Below, piece by piece: positions 23,963-36,465 of a stretch of 64,000 bases of DNA (its first letter is position 1; the number at the start of each line of letters is the position of its first letter). The notes beneath the pieces are model-generated. The model was given only the letters and a program-made list of their open reading frames with translations, did not search any database and was not told the origin of the DNA. The DNA is from Balamuthia mandrillaris. Lineage: Eukaryota. The translations under genes and the position numbers were made by a program. The stretch lies in assembly GCA_031835245.2 (NCBI GenBank), contig JAVKOQ020000108.1, forward strand, positions 1 to 64,000, given 5' to 3'.

Positions 23963-25490
23963 GGGCAGGAAGGGAGGTAGAGGAGGAGGGATGCAGCCAT
24001 CCAAAACAACCACAAAAAATAATTATAAAAAAAAAGGATGAAAAGGAAGGATCGATAATGTTTTTTGTTAAAAAGTTGGATCCACACACCAAGGCAAACG
24101 AGGAGGAAGGATGGAGAGAAGAAGAGGACGTTGTGTTGCCCTCTCTTCTTTGTTTGTGGCGTTGGATGTGAAGGACAGGTAAAGCAAAAGAGGTGAAGAA
24201 AAAAAATTGACTCCGTCCTAAGTTAAACGCTCTCTCTTCTTTCTTGCGTTTGTCCTTGCTGCCAAATTGAAGAGGTTGATATTGCAACTAAAATAGCTTA
24301 ATTCAGCACAACAGCGTGCACTTGCCAAAGACGACATAAAGTTAGAGAGAGAGAAAGGGCCAGAAGGCCCAAAAAATCATTGACGTTCTCAAAAACATCA
24401 GAACGAAGAACGTGATCTTGGCTTCCAAAAAAAGGATGCTAACCCCAAATTAGGTCTTTGTCTCAGATACCCTTCCATAAAAGGTTTTTAAATTAGCCTA
24501 ATTAAGCCCCTCCCCATTGGGAGTTGCCGTGACCGTGGCCCGAAGCGAAATTCCGCATATAGCAGAGGGAACGCAAAGGGAAAGCAAATAAGACATGCAG
24601 ATACAATGGCAGGAAGAGCGTCGCAATCCTTTCTTTTCCATTTTGTCCTTTTTTACATATTACGAACCTGTCACGCCCGTCGCCTTGCATTCTCTATTCG
24701 GGTGGGGGAGGCGGATCAGTTGCACGATGGTTTTTTTACAGTCGCTTTGATCGCTTTTCGGGCTTGCCCTTTTCAAGGCCTGCTGAGCCGTTCCGGTCAA
24801 GTTGTAACAGTCAACTTGTCATTTGACAAGAAGAAGGTAAATTTTATTGTTCTCGTGGGACTACAAAAATTGGTGTCGGGCGATGCCCCGCCGTTGGGAT
24901 GGTTGTTGAACCGCTTTCATCACCTTTCAGTGCTGGTTTGTGTTGGTTTACCACCATCACTGACGACGGAAGGTTCTGACAAGTTGATCCGCCAAGGCCA
25001 ATCCGCATGATTTTGAAAGTATGCTGACAGCCAATTAAAAAAAGAGAAAAAGAAAAGAATCAACGGAAGGACAAGTTCGTTTCGCGGTTTCTCCCCAGCC
25101 AGATCAGGTCCTTCGTGTGTGTTCATCGAGAACAAAAGGAAAAAACAGAGAGTTGTAGGTTCCGTTCTATCGTCCACCCCTGTACAAAAGAGAACAAAAA
25201 AAGAGAGGATGACAACTCTACACCGAGAGTAGAACAAGGAAGGACTGTAAAAACGAGAAGAGATGAGAGAGAGATCAACGCAGCCAAACCGAACAGCAAC
25301 TCCCCTCGTGTACCATTTCATGTCGTTGTGAAATTATTTTATTTTTACAAGTTATTTTTGTAGACAACATTTTGTCCACATAAATTGCTACGGTCTTCAG
25401 CCTCCCATGCTTCTTGCACGCCTCCCTCGGCGCTGCTCCCTCTGGTCGGTTCGGCTGGCTGGAAAGATGAATCCGCTCCCGTCTGTCTGG

Positions 25491-26563
25491 TCAATAAAAT
25501 ACTGGGTTGCGACCGCTCTCCCGACCCTTCCTGTCCATTTGTGGTCGTATTGTTCTTTTGCTTTGCCTGCGATGGGGTGTGAACTCAACGCGCTCCAGCC
25601 GAATAGAGCCGTGCTGGTCTGCTGTGGTGTACATGAAGGCATATGGGCGTTGAGGCAATGGTAACGATCCCAATGGTTTTCCTTGCACCCAAAACCAAAC
25701 TCTTCCTTCCGTTTCATCATTCCCGCTGGAAGAAGAAGAAGAACCTTCCTCTATCAGCAGAGTCATGCTATAGTCGACGACTGGACCCAATTGGCGAAGA
25801 GGAAAACTGTTCTTTCTCGTCACAGCGAGAGAGGAGCGATGAAATAGAGCGCAGCTGGGCATGCTGACATAAGAGCAACTCGTTCCGGTGAAGCTCGTGA
25901 AGAAGGTGCTTTGAGCTGAGAGGATTTGCTGCATGTCGGGTTTGGTGAAGAGACCAAACTCGCCGGTGTAGCTCATCGTGAAGTGCAGCTTGACGGTGAA
26001 GCGGTCAAGAAGCGTAAAGATAGAGTTGCTCATGATGGCTTTGGGGTAGAGCCCTTTGTTGCCATCTCTGTCAGACGGAAATAACATAAGAAAGTGAAGA
26101 AAAAGAATACAAGAAAAAGCACGCTCATGTTTTATGCAAACCTTTTGACTCGTTTGTTGTCGGCACTGAAGAGCCATACCTCTTTTTCTGAGAGCTCTCT
26201 GTCCCATGTGGGCGAAAGGACGGCCTCTCTGAATCGCTTCATCCAACCTTCTTCCTTCTTCTCTTCTAAAGAGTGAGGCGTCACCAAAAGCAAAACCACA
26301 AGGACCACAAAAAAGCTAACCTTCAGCTTCGACAGGTGTTCCAAAGTGCAAGGCATAGAGGGTCTTCCAAACGGCGTCGGAGGAAGCCAGCCGATAAAAG
26401 TCTTTGCTGACCAAACAGCAACGAACCACCGAAGCGAAAGAACAACTGGAAAATATCACACCCTGGTTGTTGTTTGTCATTGTGCTGTGCCAACAAGCTT
26501 GGTTCGAAAAGGAAACTGTACCCAGAGTTCAGGGGGGATGTGGCGCCAAGCGGGGGCTTCCAT
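25491..26563 (-). CDS. F-box protein with C-terminal beta-rich (SPRY/ConA-like?) domain, paralog A
   Basis: MEAPAWRHIPPELW|..IFSSCSFASVVRCCLVSKDFYRLASSDAVWK (F-box); shared family motifs YPKAIM, KLHFT, GLFT.PD and PLPQRPY. Confidence 0.8.
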
Positions 26564-26769
26564 GTTGGTGCTTCTGTTTCTTTCTCTCCCTGGAGAAACA
26601 AATGAAAGGCAATGATTATAGGACCGCACGTGTTTGGTTTTAAATGAACTCTCTCTGATCAAACGAGACGAAGCAGAAGACGAAAGAAAAAGAAGCTGAA
26701 GCTGAAGAAGAAGAAGAAAAGACTGAGTTTTGTTGTTTGGCCTCCTTTTCAACTCGAAGGCGACTCATT

Positions 26770-27058
26770 AAAGAACTCAACGCGATCCAAACGAAGCGGT
26801 TGAGAAGTGTGAAGAGGGCGTTGCTCATGATGGCTTTGGGATAGCATCCTCTGGTGAGAACGATAAGAAGAGAGAGAGAGAGAGAGAGAGAGAAGAAAAG
26901 AACGAGAAGAGAAACGATGGAGCAGAACGCATGAGCAAACTACCTAGTGACTTGCTTGTTGCCATCACTGAATATCCACACACCCTCTTCAGAAAGCTCT
27001 CTGTCCCATCTGGGAAAAAGGATGGTTTCTCTGAACCGCCTCATCCAACCTTCTCCTG
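26770..27058 (-). pseudogene. Orphan internal fragment of the same F-box family
   Basis: GWMRRFRETILFPRWDRELSEEGVWIFSDGNKQVT and GCYPKAIMSNALFTLLNRF match two exons of paralog A; no F-box or C-terminus nearby. Confidence 0.75.
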
Positions 27059-27240
27059 CATAACAAGGAAAGCAAGAAACAATAACTTTCTTATCTGTAG
27101 ACATGATTATTTATCAAAGATTATTCATTACTATCGAAAATTTCTAACTTATTTGTTTTATTTGTAGACACGAATATCTATCGATTTCAGGCAATAATTC
27201 GTCAATTATCGACATAATATAGGGCATGTTGTTGCTTTTT

Positions 27241-28959
27241 TCACGAGAAAGTGTTTTTGATCTTTTGGGCAAGCTTGGCGATGGTCTTGGCACGTCCCGC
27301 TGCTTGTGGTTTCTCCTTCCCTTGTCCTACTCCTTCTCCTTCTTCCTCACCTTCGTTTGACAAAGGAGACTTTGCATAAAACACGACACGATCCAGGCGT
27401 ATCATCGCGTTGAAGTTGCCTGAAGTGAACATGAGCTCGTAGGGTCGTTGCGGCAATGGCACAGTTCCCAACTTGTGCCCGTTCAGCCAAAATGTAATCC
27501 TTCTTCCCTCTTCTTCATGCCCAGATGACGATGAAGAGGTCGAACCGGTTTCCTCTATAAGAACGTCCACTGGGTAATCCTTGGTGTAATCGTTGTAAGT
27601 CATCCCAGGAACGATCTGTTTGTTCTCCTTCTGCGAGCCACCGGCATAATGATAGATGCGGCTGTTGTGAAGGCTGAGATAGGAGCAACTGGGTCCTGAG
27701 TAGGAGTCAGTAAAGGAGGACTGACGGCGTAAGACCTCGGGCAGGTCGGGCTGAGTGAAGAGGCCGAGCTCGGAGGAGATGCGCATGGTGAAGTGCAGCT
27801 TGGCAATGTAGCGGTCCAGTTGGAAGAGATTGGGCGTCATGATGGCTTTAGGATAGCATCCATTGGAGCCGTTTCTACAATTTTTTGGTTAGTGTAAAAG
27901 ACAAAGAAGAAGAAGAAGAAGAAGAAGAAGAAGAAGAAGAAGAAGAAGAAGAAGAAGAAGAAGAAGAAGAAGAAAGAACACCAAGAAGAACAAGAACAAG
28001 AAGGAGGAGGAGGAGGAGGAGAAGAAGAAGAAGAAGAACAAGAAGAATAAGAAGAAGAAGAACAAGAAGAAGAAGAACAAGAAGAATAAGAAGAACAAGA
28101 AGAATAAGAAGAACAAGAAGAAGAACGAAGAACGAAGAACGAACAAGAAGACGAATGAATATGAAGATAAAAAACAGAAAGTTGAAAACTCCAAATAACA
28201 ACGATCACCTGGTAATCATTTTGTTGTTGTTGGCAAAGAGCCACCTGTCCTTCTGCTCGGAGCGGGCTTCGTCCCATTTGGGCGTGGTGGCCTCTCTCTT
28301 AAAGCGTTCCAACCAAGTTAAACCTTCTTCTTCTCCTTCCTCCTCTTCTTTTTGGCATTAAAATGGTATTAACTCGAGGCAAGTAAAATGGAAAGAGGAG
28401 GAGAGGAGAGGAGAGGAGAGGAGAGGAGAGGAGAGGAGAGAGGGAGAGGAGAGGAGAGGGAGAGGAGAGAGAGGAGAGGAGAGGAGAGGAGAGGAGAGGA
28501 GAGGAGAGGAGAGGAGAGGAGAGGAGAGGAGAGCGAGAGCAGCAGGGTACAGAGAAGAGAAAGCCGCAGAGAAGAGGTAACGAAAGAACGAGAGAATGAG
28601 AGAAGAGGGAAGCAGCGGAGAGAAGCCAACACACATTTAGCGCGAATGCAAAACAAACCTGCGGGGGGTTCCCCAAATTGAGAAATGTACATGTTCTTCC
28701 AAAGCAACTCATCTGACGCCAAAACGAGAAACTCCCCTGAGACCAAACAGCAACGCAGCAAGCTTTCAAACGGACAATAAGAAAAGATCTCTGCCTATAA
28801 TGATGATTATTATAATGGTGTAATGATTTTTTTTAAAAAAATGTACCAAATGAACGACGAGCACGCTTTAAAAAGATATGAAGAAAAAAGAAAAAATGGT
28901 ACCCATATTTCGGCAGGGACGTCCCGCCAAGTAAGGCCAGACGCTTCCCTTTCTTCCAT
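27241..28959 (-). CDS. F-box protein, paralog B
   Basis: MEEREASGLTWRDVPAEIW|IFSYCPFESLLRCCLVSGEFLVLASDELLWKNMY; same downstream motifs as paralog A. Confidence 0.82.
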
Positions 28960-28981
28960 CTTTTTTTCTTTCTCTTTTGTT

Positions 28982-29023
28982 TTCTCCTAAGTCGACAATA
29001 AATTCTCCTAAGTCGACAATAAA
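28982..29023. repeat. Perfect 21-bp tandem duplication containing GTCGACA
   Basis: TTCTCCTAAGTCGACAATAAA occurs twice, just upstream of the paralog B start. Confidence 0.9.
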
Positions 29024-29128
29024 AACAAAGGTGTCATGAGTCGGCGTCGAACCGATGCTGTCTACAAAATTAGATCAGATTAAAATACTCCAATAGAAAA
29101 TCAAAGATATATGGCGGCAGCTTTAGCG

Positions 29129-30159
29129 TTACTGGATGAACTCCACACGCTCCAGCCGAACCGACGAGTTGAAGTTACCCGAGGTGAACATCAGCTCGTA
29201 GGGCCTTTTCGGCAGCGGCAACGTTCCCGCTTTCTTCTCGTCCACCCAGAACGTGACCTTTCTCTTGTCCTCCCTGCTCATCCCGGTCTCCCTTATCCTG
29301 AGGGTCAGAGTGAAGTCCTGTTGGTAGCTCTTCCCGTGGGAGAACGTGCGCGACGTTTTTTGTTGGCCGTTCTCATGGTGGTATATGCAGTTGTCATGGA
29401 AGCTGATGTAGGAGGAGCTCGGGCCAGAGTAGGCGTAGTTGAAGGCGCATTGCTTGGGAAAGATATCCGTCAGGTTGGGCTGAGTGAAGAGGCCGAGCTC
29501 GGAGGAGATGCAGAGGGTGAAGTGCAGCTTGACCGAGTATTGCTCCAGTTGGAAGAGATTGGGCGTCATGATGGCTTTGGGATAGCATCCATTGGAGCCG
29601 TTTCTGGTTTTATGTTTTTAGTGAACAAACGAAAAACAGAAAATAAACAACAACAACATTTACCGAGTGATCATTTTGTTGTTATGGCTAAAGACCCATA
29701 TCTCCGGCTGTTCAGAGCGAGCTTGGTCCCATTTCGGGGAGGCGACCTCCCTCTTAAACCGCTCCAGCCAGGTCAAACCCTCCATCTCTCCTCTTTCTTC
29801 TTCCTGTTCGTCTTGAAATATATAAAAACCATTTGTCAAATATTTCAAACTGTGAAAAACGTATAATAATAGGAAAGAGGTTTTGTGGTACCGGAAGCCT
29901 CCCCAAAGGTTGAAAAATATATGTTTTGCCACAGCAGGTCGTTGGAAGCCAGGGCGCAAAACTCTTTCGAGACCAAACAGCAGCGCAATAAAGCCCCCAC
30001 CGGACAACAGGAAAAGATCTCCGTCTGTAATAATGTTGAACGCAAAAGAAGATCTGTTGAAATAGAGAACAAACATGACCACAACCAACAAAATCAAACA
30101 AGAACTCTTACCCAGAGTTCGTTGGGCACATCACGCCAAGTTACCGTCGAAGAGGCCAT
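29129..30159 (-). CDS. F-box protein, paralog C
   Basis: MASSTVTWRDVPNELW|TEIFSCCPVGALLRCCLVSKEFCALASNDLLWQNIY; C-terminal exon MTPNLFQLEQY...PLPKRPYELMFTSGNFN. Confidence 0.82.
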
Positions 30160-30374
30160 CCTTCCTTCCCGTCTCGTCTTTCACGAAAACCTGAGAAAGC
30201 AGCAACATGTGCAGCAATCGGCCACGAACACTGCACAATCGCTGCTCTTTTTGTCGACAAAAATTTATGCACGATCGTGTCGACCCGTTTACATTGAAAT
30301 GCGCAGCAGTAACTGTGCAGGAGATGACGTGCTTTTTGTCTACAAAAAAACAAAAAGCAAAGCAAAGAAAGAAA

Positions 30375-31043
30375 ATGGAAGAAGAGGAAGCAGGTTGGGC
30401 CGACTTGCCCGAAGAACTGCTCTGCCACATCCTGGCTTGGCTTCCCAACAACAGCGTGGCGCCTGTGGCAAGGACCTGCCGTCGTTGGTTCGCCTGCTCC
30501 TCCCCTTCGCTCCGCACCAAGTTCTCCATCAAGCAGGTCTGCTCCCGCCTGGAGCTCCTGCAATGGGCCGTCCAGAAGGAGGGCTGCCCCATGGACACAA
30601 CCACCAGCGCCATGGTGGCCAGCTCAGGCCAGCTGGAGACCTTACGGTGGGCCGTAGAGCGTCCGGACGGAGGCGCCCCCTGCCCGTGGAACGAGATGAT
30701 CTGCTGGTGCGCTGCCCGCCGGGGAGACCTTTCCATGTTGCGTTGGGCCAGCAAGAAGGGCTGTCCGTGGCAACCGCAAGCGCTGTGCGAGGTTGCGGCC
30801 TCGTTCGGGCATTTGGCAGTGCTGAAGTGGGTCGTAGAGGAGCAGGGACGGGACAACATTGACTACCGGGTGTGTCATGAGATGGCAGAGAGAAAGGGAC
30901 AAGCAGCGGTGATGCAATGGCTCCACGACAAGGCAGGACCCGTCCAAAACATCCTGGTGCATCCTGGTTATGTGATGGTTGGCAATAGTACGGTGCAACA
31001 AGGGCAGCCGAGGAGACCTCCTGTTTTGAAGCCATTTCGATGA
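30375..31043 (+). CDS. Intronless F-box plus ankyrin-repeat protein
   Basis: WADLPEELLCHILAWL (F-box-like), followed by LLQWAVQKEGCP, LRWASKKGCPW and GHLAVLKWV repeats. Confidence 0.85.
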   Translation: MEEEEAGWADLPEELLCHILAWLPNNSVAPVARTCRRWFACSSPSLRTKFSIKQVCSRLELLQWAVQKEGCPMDTTTSAMVASSGQLETLRWAVERPDGGAPCPWNEMICWCAARRGDLSMLRWASKKGCPWQPQALCEVAASFGHLAVLKWVVEEQGRDNIDYRVCHEMAERKGQAAVMQWLHDKAGPVQNILVHPGYVMVGNSTVQQGQPRRPPVLKPFR

Positions 31044-31197
31044 ACTGTTCATTGTTTTTATTTCTTTGCGTTAAATGTACATTTTAAGCACTAGCTCTCC
31101 CTCTCTCTTCTTTCTCTCTCACTCCTCTCTCTTTCTGTCCTTTTCGTTTCTTTCTCTCTAGCGCGCGCTCTCTCTCTCTCTCTCTCTCTCTCGACAT

Positions 31198-32532
31198 TCA
31201 TTCGATAATTCTTTGCCAATTAAACACCACAGCGTAAGCCTTGGCAACTGACCTTTGGGCTTTGTAAAACAAGCCTAAATCTTCTGCTTTAACCTCAATC
31301 CAGTGAGTGTAGAGCGCTGCGGCAAAGTAGCGGAGCAAAACATCGATAACGACCAGCGGAAGACATGGCACAAAGCGAAGAACTTCATGTCCCACATGAA
31401 CGACGCTCCGCCATGCACTATCAACCGAAGGAGGCACCTCCTGAAGGGGACTTATATATCAGCAAAGAAAGGCTTTGAAAGCGGGATGAGAAGGTACATT
31501 CTCTGCAAGTGGAACCAGGCTGCAGGCCTTGAATGGAGCAAACAATTCTATTATGAAGTTCAGTCTCGTTGGCGTGATGCATGCTCTTGGAACATCTCCA
31601 TTCCTTGGTGGGTTCAACGCATTCTCCCACCAGTCTCCTCCGATGAAAATCCGTTCAGCCAACACCTCTCCAAGCCCACACACCAGGGATGCAATCCAAT
31701 CGTTTGGGCTGGCACGGGAGTCTTCCTTAAACCTTGCAACGACAAAGTCCCATACGTAGTCGGTGTAACTCCTCACCACTTCGAGCAACAGTTTGAGCAT
31801 CTGCAGAAGGTCTTTTCGTTGGTAGAGATGAACACCCACAGCAGCGTACACTTTCGTCTGGAGAAGGGGCCATGCATCCTCTAAAAACATGACCATCCGC
31901 ATTTCGTACTCCAGGGTTGATGGGAAAACTCGACTCTCTCTGACGCTAATGATGGCTGGGAGGAGGACAGCATCATGCACAAAGCGGTCCAGTGGAGCGA
32001 GACGCACCTGCAAGAAAAACTTCTGCTTCCAGCAAAGCCCCACTCTCAGCCTTGTCATTTCGCCTATCGTCTCTTCAGAACAGGGAAACACGACATCGGC
32101 GTTAACGTTCAGCTCCTCAGCTGTCTGCATGGGGATCTTTTCCAAAAGGTAGTCCCCCGCAGGAGGAAGGGACTTCCACAAGAGGAGGTCGTATAAATGG
32201 GCACAGAAACAGGTGGGGTGCTCTTCAGATGAGAGCTCCTGGCAACGGAAGCGATTCTCGAACATAGAACGGAATCTCTGGTCGCGAATGGTATACAAGT
32301 CTTCCTCCTCATCTGCGGCTTCGATTCTCATGTTGATGGCTCGATTCCAGCTGAGGCACACGGCCTCCATCATGCAGATGGAGGGGGCATCGCAGTACTC
32401 CAACACCATGTGCAGCAGTTCGTGAGCCAGGTTCGCCCACGTGCCATGATTCCCTTTGTCTTTTTCGGGTAGCTGTTGAAAGTGGTTTCTCCGGGTTTCA
32501 GTCGGTGGGTTTGTTTTCTGTCGTTTGTACAT
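31198..32532 (-). CDS. F-box protein with helical C-terminus, one 57-nt intron (31441-31497)
   Basis: WANLAHELLHMVLEYCDAPSICMMEAVCLSWNRAI; the two in-frame ORFs are joined by a GTACC...TTCAG intron. Confidence 0.78.
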
Positions 32533-32828
32533 GTTGCTATAATAACCTTGCAGGAACGAGAGACGGAACGGCCGAAATGAGGTGCTCGAGCTGAGGATTC
32601 CAAGAAGCTTCTCCCGACGTTATCTCTTTAACATAAATCTTTTGTCAATTATCAACCATAATCCGTTTTATATTGTAATAATTCAACAAAGTCCAAAAAT
32701 AGAGATTTATGAAAAATTATTTACAATTATTGTCGACTGTTTTCAATTATCAACAAAATCGATTTATTCCGTTGTAATTCGATATGTATTACCAAAAATA
32801 GACATCACTATGAAAATTATCAACAGCA

Positions 32829-33065
32829 ATGCAGAAAGAAGAACAAAACGAAGAAGAACAAGAAGAAGAGCTTGCGGTGGACCCGAGTTTCGTGCTCCAG
32901 TGCATCATTCGCGTGCTCGAAGAGTCCAAACGAACCACAGGTATCACTTCTAACAACGATGGCGACTACCTCGAACACCTCCTTCAGCAACATGAACAAG
33001 AGGCCATCGAATCTTGGTAAATCTTGCTTCTTTGTGCCTCTCTTTCTCTTTCTTTCCTTCTCTCT

Positions 33066-33100
<35 letters not shown>

Positions 33101-33519
33101 ATCAACTTTTTTCTTATTTTTGCTGGACAACAGTTCGTTTTTGTGGGATCTTTCAGTGACAGAAGCGCATACCGCCTTTATGCAAAAGCACGGCGTCCCT
33201 TCCGTCCTTCTGAACCTTCTTGCCCGGCACTCGCTTCATTCCGACCGATTGATTGTACACTCTTTCTCTGTTTCTTCTTGTTCTTCTTCTTCTTCTTGTT
33301 CTTCTTGTTCTTCTTGTTCTTGTTCTTCTTCTTCTTCTTGTCCTTCTTCTTCTTCTTCTTCTTATGTATCAAGCTGCTTTTTTGATGGTAGGAACTGGCT
33401 GTTGGGACGTTGGCCAATATGGCATCGTTTTCCTCTGTTGCCTCTTCTCTTGCTGCACGACGTACTCAGCTTCTCTTCGCTACTTCTCTCTTTCTCGTTC
33501 TCTTGTTCTCTTGTTGCTT

Positions 33520-33554
<35 letters not shown>

Positions 33555-34911
33555 GGTTATCATCTTGCTGTTTTACCTGCTTCACTCTGTCATTCTTCTG
33601 CTTTCATTTCTTTGCTTATCTGCTTTTCTCTCACTCAGTTTCTCTCTCCTTCTTTGTCTCTCTCTCTCTCTCTGTCTCTCTCTCACATACGCACACAAAC
33701 AGAAGATATGCAAGATGTACTTTGGCAGCTTTGGCTAGATTCATTCTCCGTTCCTGTACTTATCGAACTTTCCAGGTACCATTTTCTGGGTCATTCTTTC
33801 GTCTCATCACTCATTTTCATTTCGGGTAGATTCTTCACGGTTGGGGTTTGCACTCAGCAAAGCCAAAGAACTTGGCTTTGCTGTTTTGGTCGTCGAATCG
33901 CAGCAACCACCACAGAAAACAAAGAGGAAGAAGAAGAGGAGGAAGAAGGAGGTGAAGCTATGCTAACTGTTAAAAAAGAGGAACGCTTACCTGCAATTGA
34001 TAAGTTGGTTTGGGTGCTTCAAAATACTCTTGATGAAACTCTTTTAGAGGTTTGCTCTCTCTCTCTCTCTCTCTCTTTTCTCTCGTGTTCTGCGCTCTCC
34101 CCTGTTTCTCTGAGCTTCCATCTGCTGTTTGCAAAAATACAGAAAGCATCTGATCTGTTATATGCAATAATCGCTTATTGCAAAGAAGCAGTAACGGAAG
34201 AAAACGAAGAAGAGGACGCAACAACATCCTCTGATTGCTATCCAATGATCATCTCTTCTTTGCTTCAAACCTCCGCTACGAACATAACTGAACTCGTCGT
34301 TGAACTGTTGCTGCAACAACTTTCACCTTCTCATGAAGACAATCCTCGGTGCGTCTCTGCTAGAATTCCTTTGCAAGTTCATCCTGTTATCTCCTTTTTC
34401 TTACGTTTTGTTATCAAAACAGGGATTCACTTATAGCCACATTGTTGCACACGTTAGAACTTTGCCTTTCTGAAAAAGACATTGCCTCAGCTTCTTCTTC
34501 TTCTTACGACCATCAAACAAACGAAAAGATAGTAAAGACGTTAGTTCGTTGCATCTCGGTTTACAGTCGCGATATAGCAGACAACGAAGAGGTTTTGCAT
34601 TCTTGCGTCGTTCTGTTGACACAACTTACCGCTTCTCGACCTTCTTTTCTTTCTTTTCTTGCATCTGGTACGTTTGTTATTTTGCTTTGCTCTGTATTTT
34701 GTGTTTTCTTATTTCTTTTGCTTATTCTTATTCTTGTTCTTCTTGTTCTTCTTCTTCTTCTTCTTCTTCTTCTTCTTCTTCTTGTTCTTCTTCTTCTCCT
34801 TTTTCTGCAGATGAAAAAGCGATGAAAGCATTACAAACCTTTCGAACGCTTTCAGATACTTCTTCCGTTGTAGCTCTTTTGTTAGAGAGAGCCTTTTCCT
34901 CTTCGCACTAA
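32829..34911 (+). CDS. SAAL1-like ARM-repeat protein, multi-exon
   Basis: FLWDLSVTEAHTAFM...DRLI|ELAVGTLANMA...VPVLIELSR...DKLVWVLQNTLDETLL resembles SAAL1 motifs recalled from memory (WDMS, RLREICVGILGNMAC, PTLLETSR). Confidence 0.7.
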
Positions 34912-34942
34912 CACAAACAACAAAAACACAATTTACATTTGT

Positions 34943-36050
34943 TTACTTTGCATCAAAAAGATTTACATCTGTTTTTTGTTGAAAGAGAACACAAAAAGTT
35001 AGAAGAACGAGAACAAAGGAAGGAAAGCATCAAAAAAAAAAAAAAAAAAGAGAGATTGTACCGTGGAGAGCAAGTTTAAGCTCAAGACAAAGTTCAGCCA
35101 TTTTGGCGTCTTGTTCTTCTGTTTGTTCGATTCCTTTGAACGAGGGATTGTTCTTCTGCAATGCTTCCAAAGAAGTGAAAAATGCCAGTGCCTTGTTTTG
35201 TCACATACACAGGATGATGAGTTGAACTGAAAAGAAAAGAAAAGAAAAGAAAAGAAAAGAAAAGAAAAGAAAAGAAAAGAAAAGAAAAGAAAAGAAAAGA
35301 AAAGAAAAGAAAAGAAAAGAAAAAGAAAAAGAAAAGAAAAGAAAAGAAAAGAAAAGAAGAAAAAGAAAAAGAAAAAGAAAAGAAGAAAAAGAAAAAGAAA
35401 AAGAAAAAGAAAAAGAAAAAGAAAAAGAAAAGAAAGCTAGAGAGGTTTGTACGTTCTCGCCAATGTTGTAACACGAGAAGAGGTGCTTTTCTCCTTTAAG
35501 ATGTATCACTGCACATTCCGTCTCGTTCACAGTTACTCCTATTCGTTTTTTTTTTTGTCATTAAAAAACAAAAAATTAAAAAAAAAACGAAAAAAATTTA
35601 AGAACAAAAAATAAAATAAAAGAAAAAATAAGAATAAAAATAAGAATAAAACAAAAAAAAAGAATGAAACCAAAAAAAAAAAAAAACAAAAATAAGCATG
35701 TAAAAAAAAAAACAAAAAAAAAAGTAGTGTTAACGTACCGAATTTTGTTGCAGCAGCGTTCAAGTTGTTGAGCGTGTTCAGCAGTTCAGGCTTCAGCCCT
35801 GTTTCCTCTCCCAGTTGTGCTCTATGTTAAAGAAAAAAGAGAACGAAGATAAATATAAAATCATCTGAAAAAAAAAAGAAGAAACGAGTGAGACGAACAG
35901 GACTTCTCCACGAGAGTTGAGGAGGACGCAGGCGGCAGTGCCAGGAAAGAGCTTTTGTATCTCGTCCAACGTGCCGGTCAGTTTCTTCATGGTGGCCGGG
36001 CTCAGGCCGGTGTCTTTCTTGCAGTTCTTCGACGCTCTTGTGGAATACAT
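34943..36050 (-). CDS. Small Roadblock/longin/profilin-like fold hypothetical protein, about 5 exons
   Basis: GTAACVLLNSRGEVL|AQ...LNAAATKF|G...CAVIHLKGEKHLFSCYNI gives the helix-beta-beta-helix-beta-beta-beta-helix pattern; GT-AG introns are consistent. Confidence 0.55.
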
Positions 36051-36465
36051 CTCTTTTCTTTTTTTCTTTCTTCTCTGATGTGTAATTAATTCAGGACGAC
36101 ACGATCACATTTAACTACATGACGACACGAAATTGAGCTTACGTCATTATGGTCGACAACAGGCGCAAGCTCGTGTCTACATTGGAATCTCCTGTCCTCT
36201 CTCCTGTCCTCTCTGCTCGGCTTGCTTCATTCGAGCCGAAGGAGGGAAAAAGAGAAGCGGAGAAGAAGAGAAGAGAATAGAATGAAGGGTAAAAAAAGAA
36301 GGAACGAGAAGAGAACGATGAAGAGAAGACTACACTACCCAAAGGCAAAGCCCAAACTAGTTTATACAATTATATTATTCGAATGAAAGAAAGAAAGAGC
36401 ACCATCGGGAGAAGAAGTACAGCGACGGCCCACAAACAATAAAAAACAAAGATAAACGGACTGCT

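Noticed and set aside
31459..31461. In-frame TGA between two ORFs of the F-box gene, suggesting a second Sec or readthrough case
   Set aside because: It lies inside a 57-nt GT-AG intron (31441-31497) whose removal restores the frame, and there is no redox motif.
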